Part shown: in pieces, positions 12,717 to 26,815 of the stretch
Position numbering within the stretch: the stretch's first letter is position 1
Layout: every line of letters begins with the position of its first letter
Assembly: GCA_965153355.1 (NCBI GenBank)
Contig: OZ231126.1
Location: forward strand, 32,116,001 to 32,180,000
Source of the DNA: Flaccisagitta enflata
Lineage: Eukaryota
DNA: 64,000 bases
Direction: 5' to 3'
Position numbers and translations under genes: made by a program
Notes under the pieces: model-generated
The model's database searches: none
The model's input: the letters and a program-made list of their open reading frames with translations, nothing else
What the model was told of the DNA's origin: nothing

Positions 12717-12863
12717 GGGTCGCTTCCGCTTTTGCCGGTAGTGTCGGTAGCGCCCACTACTGCCGGTACCGGTTGCCCTCGCAACTGCCGGTAGAGTTCA
12801 CTTCCGCATATATCGGCAGCGGTTGCCCCCTCCAACCGTTGGCGGCGTTGGCGGTTATGCCCC
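12717..12863 (+). CDS. PPxY-motif protein gene, internal exon
   Basis: Acceptor ...gccgacag|GG, donor C|gtaagt, 147 nt, phase 1-1. Translates GVASAFAGSVGSAHYCRYRLPSQLPVEFTSAYIGSGCPLQPLAALAVMP. Confidence 0.65.
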
Positions 12864-12896
12864 GTAAGTCGGCTAATCGGACCATCCGTCGGCTCG

Positions 12897-12949
<53 letters not shown>

Positions 12950-14076
12950 TCTTTCTTGCTTGGTTTTTTCTTTACGATTGTCGTAAAGAAGGTCCTTCTC
13001 GAGGTTGTGACGTGGTCTGTTTGGGCTGGACCTGTCCACGTAAAACATTTTTAAAGTGAATACAATTATACACTCGAAGCATATTGATTTGCATTCTTGG
13101 CACTAGTTGCTTTATTGATTGTTTTTATTACTTTATCTGCCCAATTAACATTACTATTTAAGTCACTGATTAATTTTGAAAAGGTACTTCATATTGCATA
13201 AAAAATTAAAAACAAATGTTATTATACAAGGCTGCTAAAGAGTTACCCTAAAGCTATATTTATCTATAAAAAGGTTTGATTTATTGGCAAAAAAATCTGT
13301 TAAGACCAATTATTGCCTGTCATTGTGCAGAGATAATGATAAAAAAGCTGTATTGCAAGAAAAAAAAACCAAAATAGTAGCTAACAAGGTTTTTCCACAC
13401 CAGTGCGAATTCACCTCAGACCAGAGGCTTTCTCGGGACGCTGCTGATCTGCGGAAAGGTGAAATATTTTGTGAGAAGAAATGCCGCTCCACTCGCGGCT
13501 TTCCTCCGCCCCTAACCGCCAGGGCTCATCAGCTCGTCAGCACATGCAGTGTTGATGAGTGCACTTGCAGTGTACATGCGTTGCGCGTTGGCGGTGATCA
13601 GGCAACGTTCACACAGTGCATACCTTGGTGATTAGCGTGCGCGTTTGTGAACATGGACTGCATTTATGCAGTGTTTGTATGAAACCACGCGCACACAAAA
13701 CGTGTGTACGAGGTTGGCTCAGTCAGAGGGTTACTTTGAGTGTTAAAGAGATGGATAAAATGAGCCGGAGGTAGAAAGACACCACACCTTTAAAAAAAAG
13801 TAAAATAAGGTACGTGTGTATGATGAACAGATCGACCGACCAACTGAGTTGAACTGACCGACCGAACAAGCAACCTAAAGAGTCGCAAGCGCGCGCGTCT
13901 TTCAAAAAGAACAAGTGCTGGTTATAAATTCCAGAAAGGAAGTTAATCTTTGGGACCTGGAGGTGGTCACCTTGTCTTCCTCCTCCTCTTCCTCCTCTTC
14001 CTTTCTCCCGAGATAGTCGCATCCTCTTTTACTCAGTGATAACATTTATGCGTGTAGTAAATCGTTAAGATGCGAA

Positions 14077-14258
<182 letters not shown>

Positions 14259-14537
14259 GACAGAAAGACAGACAAAGGGAAAGAAAGACGAATAGGACAG
14301 TCAGAGAGACAAAGAGAGAACGCAGGAAAAGAGACAGTAATGACAGACGGAGCCGGAGACAGAGCGAGAGACAGATGCACTGATTTACTGAGGAGGGCAC
14401 TCACTAAAAGACTCACAAGCATGCGCACACGCTTACCCATTCATGTGCAGAGACAACTTCAACAAGCACTCAAAAAAAAATCAAATAAAAAGATGCCACA
14501 TTGTCCAATTATATAGTTATTCTTTTTATCCGAACAG

Positions 14538-14720
14538 GCAACGTAATCGTGTCGGCGACTTATCAGCCAATCCCGGTGCAAAACTCTGCCCTGTCTTCGT
14601 CTACCATGTACTCTCATCATGGACCCGCAGTAACCACTTCAGCCTCGACCTACTCCACTCAAACTCCTTACCCTTCCATGCCACCCGGAGACGCACCACC
14701 AGCATATCCCACCACATCAG
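14538..14720 (+). CDS. PPxY-motif protein gene, internal exon containing PPAY
   Basis: Acceptor tctttttatccgaacag|GC, donor G|gttagt, 183 nt, phase 1-1. Translates NVIVSATYQPIPVQNSALSSSTMYSHHGPAVTTSASTYSTQTPYPSMPPGDAPPAYPTTS. Confidence 0.8.
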
Positions 14721-14751
14721 GTTAGTGTTATAGGTGCGTTTGTGTCTGTCT

Positions 14752-14788
<37 letters not shown>

Positions 14789-15852
14789 CAGATGTCCCGC
14801 AGATGGGTCGCGAGTGAGTTGACATGATTTTCAGCACATTGTGACCTTTTAAAAGTAGTTCTTCCTTTTGGCATTCTTATCAAAGATCAGTAAAGGTTCC
14901 TTCAATGTTTTTTTACAAATTTGCATTAAAAGGAAATTCATGTTGCTTTTTCATTAGCTATTTCTCACCGGGTACTGAAGAACCTGAACTGCATTTTGAA
15001 ATTGAATGCTCATCTCTAGGATGTTTCTTTAATCTCCCCCTTATGAAATAAAAGCCATATGCTCAGAATAGTTTTAACTTGTTTGTTTAAAAACTCAAAA
15101 AACCTGCCCATTCTAATTTCCAGCATGAATAAAAACCTGTAGTGGTGAATGTGAAATCTCATCATCATTGTATATTTGTAACCTTCTCTGTTTGTGTTAA
15201 TGAAAATAGTGATCCCAGCTGGATACATCTTCATATCCTCAAATAAGACTTCTCGCAGATGAATGTCATGCCCGAAACAAGACGGTATATCCTTCAATGT
15301 ATATTTATCGCGCCGCATAATCTTCATTTGGCTCCAATGAGTCGCTTTTGGTTATTATTATTTTTACTAATAATTACATGAACTCACAATTTTCCTCTTT
15401 GTCACTTTGAAATTCCGTCACTTTTTCTATAGTCAAACCATTTTCAAGTAGCGCCTTTTTTCAACAAAGAAGCATTGACGAATTTTCATGCACAAGCAGT
15501 TTCAGTAGCTGGTCACAATTTTTTCCTCAAGGGCAATCAGGGACAAGGAAAAAAAAGTTTATCAATCTACAGCTTGTTTTAGTTTGCAATTAGTATTTTT
15601 TTTTCTCGCGAATCATTGCTTTTGGCTCTGTTTTGCATGTTAATTAGTCACTCACCATATATGAACACACAATTCGCGGGAAACACATCTTTTACTTGAC
15701 TGTGACTAGCGCCACCAGTGTACGGATGGACGGATAAACGGGATAATGAGCGGACGGAACAAAAAGTGAGAAATAGTTGAGTTATGCAAAACCTTTTCCC
15801 TTTAAAGCTTTTATCGTTGTCTCCGCCATCGCCGGCACCATTATGGGCATTA

Positions 15853-18238
15853 GGGGGAAGTGGGGTAAAATGGGTCACCCACCTTATTGCCAGCCCTAGT
15901 ACTTGTTCCAGCAAAATTTCTGTTTTCATCAACAAGGCCGGATACACAGCTACCCCAGTCGCGTGCCAGTGGGCAAGGGCTGTATTTGAGCAGAAATGCC
16001 GCTCTACTTAGTCGGGGATGTTAAGTCTGATATCAAGGATGCTGTGCAAAAATTGTGACCGAAAGCTGGAAATTTGCATATAGGCCTAATTTTTCGTGCT
16101 GAATTCAAATATGGAATCCGTTTTTCATTTTTATTTGAGCACCCCTTTCAAAAATCTATTTTTTGGGTGAAAAATGCCTTCAAGTATAGATTGAGGCTAA
16201 ACTATAAAAGTGAGCGCCACCAAATTTCATGTGAGCAATATTGGGGGTTTGCCCGACCTCCACACCAAATTTTAGCTCAATCCGTCAACATTGAGCAGAG
16301 CTATGGGCTTTCAAAGTCTAGGTATACCCCAAAAAATGAAAAAAATGACCTCTTTTTTTTTCATAAAATGAAAACAGGGGGGAAATAAGGTGCCAAAATT
16401 TTCTTGGGAACTCTCCTTGATGTTATCTACAATTGTGCAAAATTTCAAGAAATTTAGCTTACAGGTTTTCCCAAAAAATACGTTCAAATTTCAAAAAAAT
16501 CAAAATTTTACTGACAAATTTTTTCTGAATACTATCCATAGGCCAAAATTTGTAACCAATAACAATAATTTTTTACTTGACAATAAATATGGGTGCAACT
16601 CTTGCCCACACCAAATTTTAGCCAAATTGGTCTACATTTGGCTAAATTATAGGTATCCAAAGTCCACCAAATTTTATGTGAACAATATTGGGGGTTTGCC
16701 TGACCTCCACACCAAATCTTAGCTCAATCCATCAACATTGAACAGAGCTATAGGCTTTCAAAGTCTAGGTATACCCCAAAAAATGAAAAAAATGAGCTTT
16801 TTTTCTTTATAAAATGAAAACAGGGGGGGAATAAGATGCCAAAATTTTCTCGGGAGCTGTCCTTGATGTTATCTACAATTATGCAACATTTCAAGAAATT
16901 TGGCCGACAGGTTTTCCCAAAAAATTTGTTCAAATTTCAAAAAAATCAAAATTTTACTGACAATTTTTTTCTGAATACTATCCCTAGGCCAAAATTTGTA
17001 ACCAATGACGATAATTTTTTACTTGACAATAAATATGGGTGCAACTGGTGCCCACACCAAATTTTAGCCAAATTGGTCTACATTTGGTCAAATTATGAGT
17101 ATCCAAAGTCCAAGAAACCTTCTAAAGAAAAAAAGAAAAAATGGGCCTCGAGTCTAGGATTTGGGCCTAGATGATGGGATTTTGGACTAGAGCATGGGAT
17201 TTGGGGCTTGAGCATGGGATTTGCACCTCAGGGCCAGGATTTGAGCCTCAAGACTGGGATTTGGGCCTCAAGGCTGGGATTCAGGCCTTGAGGCTGGGAT
17301 TTGGGCCTTGAGGCTGGGATTTGAGCCACGAGGCTGGGGGGGGGTGACAGATGTAGGAGAAAGAGAAATTTCCCTTTGAGGCTGCTGCCCAAAAAGAAAA
17401 AACTCCATATATCCAGTATGAATTGTGGCTAGATAATGAAACTGTTGAGTGGTAGGGATTTACCCAATCTCTACACCAATTATTAGCTCAATCCTTCAGC
17501 ATTGAGTCAAGTTACTGGCTTTCAAAGTCTAGATACACCACAAAAACAGATAAGAGCTGAAATCTTCTTGATATTTTTGTAGAATTTGTTGCTTGTATTT
17601 TTATGAAATATAATGCTATCATCAAAAATCATGTACATGTGTGCCAGGTTATTCTGGTTTATTGGGTCTTACTAAATTCAAATATAATGGAATTCTTAAA
17701 AAAAAACTCAATTTTTACGAGTAAATTAACATAGGACATGATTTTTTTCCTTGTCCTTAGTCCCAAAAGGGCACCATGAACTCATTTATTTCATTTCTTG
17801 CATACATGAGCATCAATATCAAACTAACAGGCATTATCTTGGTTGAATTTGAAATGAATTCTGTTCAAAAAATCCTCTCTTACTCATCTTGACTATCTTG
17901 ATCTTGATCTAAGAGGAGTTTGGTGATATAAAAGTATCTATAAGAAGCCCAGTACAGTGAATATATTCAGAAAAATGTGAGAAAATATGATGGACAAGCA
18001 GTGAAAAGTGAAACAAATGGTAAATGAAAACCATAGAAAAAATAATAACAAAAGAATAATTGACGTTTTCTGCATGGTTTTCTGGAAATATAGTGCCAAT
18101 GAAAAATAGGTTCTTCTCACAATGATACTCATAAAGCCACTTCATTTTTCGGCACTTAGCTTTGCCGCGAAACCCGCTATAATTAATTAATCGTCTAGGT
18201 TGTTTATTTCCCGTGAAGTTTTTAGAGGTTTTTCAATT

Positions 18239-18297
<59 letters not shown>

Positions 18298-18471
18298 ACT
18301 CTCTCCATACAAATAAATACTAATGACATAAGTTATTTTGCATTTCCACCCAATTCTTTTTTCTCTCTCTTTTTTGGTTGATGCCAGAATTGTTTTCAAT
18401 TTTTATCTTTCTCTTTACGTTTTTTTCTTTGGCCAAACTGTCAATCTATTCTATTCTGTCTTTTCTCTTCA

Positions 18472-18529
<58 letters not shown>

Positions 18530-20881
18530 TCTTCTCTCAATCGACTGACCAACCAACTGACCAACAGACCAACAGACTGAAAAAGAGGGGGGGCGGTTTT
18601 AGTTGCGAAGCACACAACTCAAAATTTGTTGGAATGGAGCAGTACAAAGGAAAAATGTAATAGAGTTAACTTTCTTAAAAAAAGTAACACAAGTTGCATA
18701 GGGGTGAGCAGGGGCACACATCCCGTATCCACACCCTTCCCCATCCCATGCGCACACAGACATTCATTATAACTGAAAATTTGCTAAAACAAGTCCAGAT
18801 ACATGGCTACACGGCACCAGTGGATCAAAATTCTTGAAAATTTGCACTTAGTCTTCATTGCATTTTTAAAATCTGCCATTTTTTCCATTTTTTGAGGTAA
18901 ACCTAGACATTGGAAGTCCATAACTCGGCTCAATGTCGATGGTTTAAGCCAAAATTTGGTATGTAGGTTTGGCAAACCCCCAACATTCCTTTAGTAAAAT
19001 TTGGTGGCGCTCAGTTAGGTAGTCTAGCAATGATTCATACTTTTGTGGATTTTTTCTTGAAACTTTCTTGGATTTTAAATACTCATGATTTGGTTTAATG
19101 TTGACCAATTTGGCTAAAATTTGGTGTGGTCACCAATTTTACCCATATTAATTTTGAAGTAAAAGATTATCACCATTGGTTACAAAATTAGGCCTTGGGA
19201 TAGTATTCCGAAAAAATTTATCAGTAAAATTTTGATTTTTTGACATTTTTTGGGAAAACCTATGTGCCAAACTTCTTGAAATTTTGCAAAATTATAGAAA
19301 ACATCAAAGAGTTCCAATAAAAACTTTGGCACCTTAGTTCCCACCTGATTTCATTTTATAAAAAAGAAATGCTCATAAGATTTGGTGGCGCTCAGTTGGG
19401 TAGTTTAACAACAATTTATACTTATGTGAATTTTTTCTTTTTTTTAGAAGGTTTTCTGGACTTTAGATACTCATAATTTGGCCAAATGTAGACCAATTTG
19501 GCTAAAATTTGGTGTGGGCAAGAGTTGCACCCAAATTTATTGTCAAGTAAAAAATTATTGTCATTGGTTACAAATTTTGGCCTAGGGATAGTATTCAGAA
19601 AAAAATTGTCAGTAAAATTTTGATTTTTTTGAAATTTGAACATATTTTTTGGGAAAACCTGTGAGCGAAATTTCTTGAAATTTTGCACAATTGTAGATAA
19701 CATCAAGGAGAGTTCCCGAGAAAATTTTGGCACCTTATTTCCCCCCTGTTTTCATTTTATATAAAAAAAAATGCTCATTTTTTTCATTTTTTGGTGTTTA
19801 CCTAGACTTTGAAAGCCCATAGCTCTACTCAATGTTGATGGATTGAGCTAAAATTTGGTGTGGAGGTCAGGCAAACCCCCAATAGTGTTCACATAAAATT
19901 TGGTGGCGCTCAGTTAAGTAGTTTAGCAACAATTTATACTTTTGTGGATTTTTTCTTTTTTTTTTAAGGTTTCCTGGACTTTGGATACTCATATTTTGGT
20001 CAAATGTTGACCAATTTGGCTAAAATTTGGTGTGGGCACCAGTTGCACCCATATTCATTGTCAAGTAAAAAATTATTGTCATTGGTTACAAATTTTGGCC
20101 TAGGGATAGTATTCAGAAAAAATTTGTCAGTAAAATTTTGATTTTTTTGAAATTTGAACAATTTTTTGGGGAAAACCTGTCGGCCAAATTTCTTGAAATT
20201 TTGCACAATTGTAGATAACATCAAGGAGAGTTCCCAAGAAAATTTTGGCACCTTATTTCCCCCCTGTTTTCATTTTATGAAAAAAAAAGAGGTCATTTTT
20301 TTCATTTTTTGGGGTATACCTAGACTTTGAAAGCCCATAGCTCTGCTCAATGTTGACGGATTGAGCTAAAATTTGGTGTGGAGGTCGGGCAAACCCCCAA
20401 TATTGCTCACATGAAATTTGGTGGCGCTCACTTTTATAGTTTAGCCTCAATCTATACTTGAAGGCATTTTTCACCCAAAAAATAGAATTTTGAAAGGGGT
20501 GCTCAAATAAAAATGAAAAACGGATTCCATATTTGAATTCAGCACGAAAAATTAGGCCTATATGCAAATTTCCAGCCTTTGGTCACAATTTTTGCACAGC
20601 AATTCCTTAACATCCCCGACTAACTGCGGTTTTCCTCCTTTCATTGAGAATGGAGCAGGGAGGCCAACAACCGCAAAAACCCAAAAATTAAAAAGTGATG
20701 GAGGGACTGACGGACGGACCGACAAAGCGGGGTGTAGAGTCGCGTAGCACGTGACTAAAAACTAGACACGCTTAACCTACCTAAATTCTAAAAGTTGCTA
20801 AATCAATAATTTCCTCAGATTCTTTGAAAAAAGTGGGTGGCCTATCCCACCCCAGGTGACCCATTTTACCCCACTCTACCC
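15853..20881. mobile_element. Tc1/mariner-type MITE expanded by nested insertions
   Basis: TA|GGGGGAAGTGGGGTAAAATGGGTCACC...GGTGACCCATTTTACCCCACTCTACCC|TA. Confidence 0.75.
16009..20622. mobile_element. Foldback-like non-autonomous DNA transposon with >1-kb modular TIRs, Academ-like termini
   Basis: ACT|TAGTCGGGGATGTTAAG...CTTAACATCCCCGACTA|ACT: TAG...CTA ends and a 3-bp ACT duplication. Arms (about 16009-17140 and 18820-20622) are built of several-hundred-bp tandem sub-units, which explains the mirrored ORFs MHIGLIF.../MPKFS... on both strands. Confidence 0.85.
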
Positions 20882-21466
20882 TACCAAATGTGTTTGGACG
20901 AAATGTAGATTTTCATGCGACTTTGAAATATCTGAACCCTAAAAACGACAACGCAATTTACTAACGATTCATCAGAAAAACTGTCAAACCCGCCAACGAA
21001 AATTATCAACGGCGTTAGTGGCAAGACGGGACATTTTTCATCGCGTACACGCGACTCCTTCACCTGCTATGTTGGTCCATCCGTCTGTCTCTTAATGGGC
21101 CCTTAACACTTTTCTGGCTCTTACAGTCAGTTTTTGCAATACTGCCCCGGCCCTGCCAAAAAGCTTAGTTTGCCTTTTTATCACGGGTCTTGCTCACACG
21201 CACTATACTTGGGTAACCGTGAATCCAGCCGAGTTTTTCACAAACAGACCATGCGAATCTTGCCATTCTGATTCGTTACACTAAATTATGGCTGCTGTTC
21301 ATCTGATCAAACCCAACCTACAAAACTGGTTAAGATTCTTTTTTCGCCTCCATTGTCGGGAAATTCAAAAACAACTGTCTTGCAAAATCACAGGCAGTTA
21401 TGTTTCATAATTGGCTTGCGTGAACAGCAAGAATGACAAACAGAACAACCAAAAATACGGGAGGAC

Positions 21467-23485
21467 CAGGCCCGAACAGAAGGGGGGGTCACCCCCATCT
21501 AAGATGGCCCAGGTGGGGCCTTAAGAGAAAAGAAAAGAAGAAAAAAAAAGAAAAAAAAGAAGAAAAAAAAGAGAATAAAAGAGAAAAAAAGGAGATAAAA
21601 AAGAAAAGAGAGAAAAATTAAGATACGACAAAAAGCAAAAAAATAAAAATAAAATAAGGAAAAATAAAGAAAAAACAGAAAACATAAGAAGTAGAAAAAG
21701 AAGAGTTGAGAGTGATTATAAAGAAAGTTTTTGTTTGTGCAAATGGTGTAATTTATAAGTGCTCAATTTTTAGTCGCGTGGACGCGACTCTACACCCCGC
21801 TTTGTCTGTTGGTCCGTCGGTTGGTTGGTCAGTCTCCATTTTACTTTTTTTATCAATTTTATTTCATTTGGTCATTTTAGGTCATATAAGAGTTAGACTT
21901 AGACTGGGAAATTTTTCTAGGTCAGTCAGTAGCTCAATCTTTTGCATGGACATACTCAGCGCTTTCAATAATGCACATTTCAAATTTCAAGGTTCTGGCT
22001 CAAATACTTTAGAAGTTATGATCATTTGTTTGAACCATATCAAACAAAAAGAATTCCAGGAGAATCTTCAAACTTTCTTTTAAAATATGGCCGACACAAA
22101 AAATTTTTTTTGAAAAAAGTGAAAATACAAGATTTTGGATCTAGGCAAATCAAGCAATTTCCTATCAAATGAACCCCACTTTTTTTTAAATCCTCATTAA
22201 GGGCTTTTTGGGGCCCCTAGGGGCCCCTAAGAAGTTCAAAATTTTGGTCAATGAGATCAACAGAGTTATGTGCATATGCCAAGGTATCTTTTAGGAGCAA
22301 ATTCAAGCAGATAAGTTCAAGCTAGAGCTCATGCCGTTACTACCTTCGGACCAGCCGCATATAAAAGAGAAATATGAAAATTCACATGGACTTAGATTTA
22401 GGATCTGAGGTCAATATCTATAAGAGTATACTTCGTCTTTTTAAGTCATTCTTAGTCATTCTAAATGTAAATCTTGCACGCGACTTGTAGGTGTTGGCCT
22501 TGTTTTTTTTAAGACTAGCAGCTAGACATTTTTTTCTTTTTCTTTTTTTTTGTGTAAAACACAAATACAGTGAGAACCTGACTTAACGACCTTGAAGGGA
22601 CTAGGGATTTTTGGTCGTTAAATCCGAATATTGTTAAATCAAATTTGTAATTTTCTTTAATTGATCTAAACTCTTTCATAAGCAATAGAGGCCAGCATCA
22701 GTGTCTAATTGATTATCATAGTTAGTATTCATTATTCAAGTATATGTGCAAATGGTCAACAAACATGAAGATAAACAGAATGACAAACAGATAGACAGAT
22801 AGACAGAAAGACAAACAAACAAAAATATACAGATAAATGTAGCTTTGAAACGACTCACAATGTCATGTAAAAGAAAAGTATAAGATACCATAAATCATTT
22901 GAAGGATAAAAAATATTACTTAAAAAAAAACAGATTTTGATTAAAATTTTTTTAAATCAAAAGTTTATCTACTAATGATATTTCATTCTTTTTGCTCATA
23001 GTTTTTTAGCTGCCATCTTGTCTATGTTAAAATATTTTCCCCAATTTTATCATATATTAAAGCTTCAATGAAAATTCAAAGTAAGAAAACCACTTAACTA
23101 AATCAAAATATCAAGGTCACTAAATCAGGGAAAAAATTTTCAAGGGACCTAAAAATTGGGACTTTAAATCAGGTTTGGCTGTTATAATAGGTGTCGTTAA
23201 ATGAAGTAAAATTAACATCGCAAAAGCTTGCAAAAATTTGGGATTAAAAAAATCTGGATGTTAAATCCGAAATATTGTTAAATCAGGTGACGAAAAGGCG
23301 GTAGTCCACTGTACCAGGTTACAAGTCCTAGAGGATGAAATTTGAGCACAAAAAAAAATTTATAGAAAGTAAATTTATAAAACAAAATCAAGAATATAGA
23401 AATATGGGGGGGGGGGGCAAGAGGTAAGGGGGGGCTCGGCCACGGAGGCCAGTGGGGGGGCCCGCCATTTCTCTGGCCGGGCCTG
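21467..23485. mobile_element. hAT-type non-autonomous element with nested HINE and pogo-like MITE
   Basis: 8-bp TSD GGGAGGAC at 21459-21466 and 23486-23493; TIRs CAGGCCCGAACAGA / TCTGGCCGGGCCTG. Confidence 0.88.
22568..23311. mobile_element. pogo/Tigger-like MITE
   Basis: TA|CAGTGAGAACC...GGTAGTCCACTG|TA, with repeated gttaaatccgaatattgttaaatc subterminal motifs. Confidence 0.7.
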
Positions 23486-24498
23486 GGGAGGACCAACAGA
23501 CGAAATGACCCAATGCACGTGACTTTTTAACAATGACAAGAGGAAGCCATTTGGGTGCTTCACATAGCAAAAGTTGTGAATTTCTCTTCGTCCTGCTTGC
23601 TTTATGTGGAATGGTTAATTTAAGAACCCTCACCATTTTTTTTTCCTCAAAATCGTTTATCTTCCATTTTGTAGCGAGCTTTTTGTCTGACATAATGCAG
23701 TGAGATAAATTGTTGTGCTGATGTTCTTTGAAATGATATTTACTAATTCTTTTTCATGAAATTGTTCATCACCTTTCTTAGTAAGCTCTTGCACAGTTTT
23801 TGCTATAATATTGAAGTTTATCCTTACAAATATCATGATTTCCCAATACAAATAACTGCTTCATTGTTAACAAAACTATGAATAGAATTTTCGCTTCCCA
23901 TTGATTTCTATGAGTAACGTCAAGGTCAAAACAAAAACGGAAGATGATGGAATTTTGAAAAAAGGAAAACGTTCACACCTCGGTAGAAGAACCGTATTTT
24001 TTCGTTTACTTTCCATTTTTTCTTTTTTTTCTCTTTGATAAATTTAAGTGACTTTACTTCACATATAAAAGCAAAATGTGAGGTCTACATATTTCACCGA
24101 TCATTTTGTATATATTCATCGCAAATTGTGTCACAGCTTGAATTAACAAGCCCGGAGCCTAAATTTTTTCCGGGACTGTCACCGGGACTGGTCCCCGAAG
24201 AATTTTTGTATTATTTCCCTTATTTCACTTGGTTGCATTGCATATCAGTCATCATTAGTCACGAATGCTTGTTTTTAAAAAACGTTTTGTCCATTCTTTT
24301 AACATGCAGGGGAAAATAATCAACTTTTTTTCCCCGGGACCCTCACTTTCCTTCTCCGGGACCACAGCTTTCCTAACCTAAGTTCTATTCGGTATAAAGT
24401 ATTTCAAGAACAGTTGGGTTTTCAATCAGAATAGTGACGTCATTCACAATGCTTACAATGTCGCACGCGAACACAGACAGACACACACACACACCACA

Positions 24499-24562
<64 letters not shown>

Positions 24563-25043
24563 CGGAAAAAGAGAAAAGAAGGAAAACGGAAAGGAAGAAA
24601 GGAAAATGGAAAGGTAGAGAGGTAAACACAAAGAAATGAAGAAAGGAATACTGAAAGGAAAACAAAAAGTACGGAAGAAAGAAAAATGGGAAGATAGGAA
24701 GAAAAGAAAACCAAAATGAAGGCAAATGAGTGAAAGAAATGAGAGGAAGAAAATGTGATGGAGAAAATGAAAAAAAAATGGAAAGGAAGGAAAGAAACGG
24801 AAAGAAAAATAGAAAAGAAAACAAGGAAATAAAATGGAAAGAACGGAAGGAATTAAAATGAAAAGAAGGAAAAGAAAATTGAAAGAAAGAATGGAAAGAA
24901 AGAAAAAAGAAATCATGGAAAAAGAAAAAAAAAGACAGAAAAAGAGAGAGAAAAAAAAAGAGAGAAATGAAAAATAGAAAGAAAGGAAGAAAACAAAAGT
25001 GAAGGATAGGCTAATGGAAAGATAGGAAAACAGAATCAAAACG

Positions 25044-25092
<49 letters not shown>

Positions 25093-25099
25093 GTCTGTC

Positions 25100-25132
<33 letters not shown>

Positions 25133-25817
25133 GTCTGTCTGTCTGTCTCTGTCTCTCTCTCTCTCTCTCTCTGGTAAAACTAATGAACATAGTCCCTGTC
25201 TCCATAAGTCCTATATGATCCTTACGCGCATGAGTCTCATCGCGCAGCTCTTTTGTAAAATTGTGTCTTAGATCGGACTGTGTAAAGCAGCCTTACCGAG
25301 TTTTTACTTAAAATAAAAGCGGGACCGGTCCCGGAAATGCGGGACGGTCCCGGAAAAGCGGGACTCAAAATTTGCAGCCAATTCAAGCGGTGTGTGTGGG
25401 TTTTTGGGTTAGTAGTTGTGTGAATACTGTTCAAAAGTACTAAGAATACCATAAGAAACGTTCATAAAGACACTGTCATTTTGTATGTCAGTGTGTCTGT
25501 CTCTGAGCACTTGACCCAAAGGAAGGATGAAAGACTAGCAATCCTCTAGCTTTTCTTGGGACATAGCGCTTCACCTTTGATTACGATTCATGTTTCATGA
25601 TGAGCAAACATCTTGCTACGCAGCCACGGTGAGCCCAGAGTTTTCAACGAGCCTTAGTTACTAAATCTAAAAGAAAAAAATTTCATCAACAGTTAAATTG
25701 CTCTGGATTTGATTATGGTACACTCACAAGATAGAGCTTGCTAGAATACGACCAAATCACTGTTATGATCTTCATGATTTTTATTCCTCCATATTGTGTA
25801 AGCGGGACGAAGGAATA

Positions 25818-26248
25818 CACTTTTTCTTATAAGAGACAGCTTTTTTGAACTCAGCCTGGGTGTTCTTAAATTTTTGTCTGTTTTCAGCCTGAAATTCTCT
25901 TAAAGTGTTCTTAATTTGTTCGATGTTCATAAAAGGCTAAATTGTATAAAAAATACCTTATTTAGAGCAGTTGTATCTTAAACTTGATAATTGTAGCATT
26001 TTTTTTAATATAATGCCTGATTTCATAGGCAAACTAAGAAAAGAAGTTATTTTTTAAGAAAAACAACCTATATTTCTGAAAAGTTTAAATTAAATTCATT
26101 TTTTAGATAAGAAACTTCAATAAAATTGTTTTCGAAATGGCCGAAGCTGAATCTCAGCCTGGGCATTCTCTTATTTTGTTCTTAAAATTTCGGCAAATCT
26201 CAGACTCATGTCTCTTATAAACTGGTCTCTTATAAAAAAAAAAAAGTG
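25818..26248. mobile_element. TA-flanked MITE (Tc1/mariner-type)
   Basis: TA|CACTTTTTCTTATAAGAGAC...GTCTCTTATAAAAAAAAAAAAGTG|TA. Confidence 0.75.
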
Positions 26249-26489
26249 TACTCCCATTTTTTCCTATGTGAAGCATCCAAGGAAGCCATATTGATTATAG
26301 CTCATTAATGCGCACACGTTTCGTAGTAACACACACTTGAGCAAATCGTGAATGGGAGTCACAACTTTTTCAAGTTTATATATTCGGTACTTCACTACTA
26401 TCATTTCTGTCTATCTACTTCCCCTGTCTGTGACTGTGTCTCTTTCATCAGTCTCTTACTTCTTAGTGTGATTGTCTGTGTCGGTCTGT

Positions 26490-26553
<64 letters not shown>

Positions 26554-26600
26554 CTCTCCAATTAACTTTTGTTCTTTACTTTTGTACCTCTCGTTTTCAG

Positions 26601-26815
26601 TGGGTGACATCGATTCGCTGTTGCCCCCTCCTTACTCGCCACAAGCCGTTTGCGCCGCGCCACAAGCCGTTTGCGCCACGGTGACTTACGTCAGCGCGGA
26701 TGGAACTTACGTCAGCACGGATGGAATTCCGGCTGAAATGACGATGACCGAAGTCAATCCAATCTCGACTACGACGCTTTTGACCGCCACTGCGCCACCT
26801 GTTGCTCACATATAA
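26601..26815 (+). CDS. PPxY-motif protein gene, terminal coding exon containing PPPY
   Basis: Strong acceptor ttgtacctctcgttttcag|TG (phase 1). Translates VGDIDSLLPPPYSPQAVCAAPQAVCATVTYVSADGTYVSTDGIPAEMTMTEVNPISTTTLLTATAPPVAHI*. Confidence 0.8.

Noticed and set aside
15016..15327. ORF with SCFGHDIHL, like the hAT CxxH motif (similarly HCIM near 23695)
   Set aside because: A single short motif with no other recognisable transposase blocks; at most a very old relic and not supportable.
16074..20567. Near-identical ORFs MHIGLIF... and MPKFS... on both strands, resembling a gene family
   Set aside because: They are the mirrored modular TIR arms of one transposon; there is no protein-family signature.
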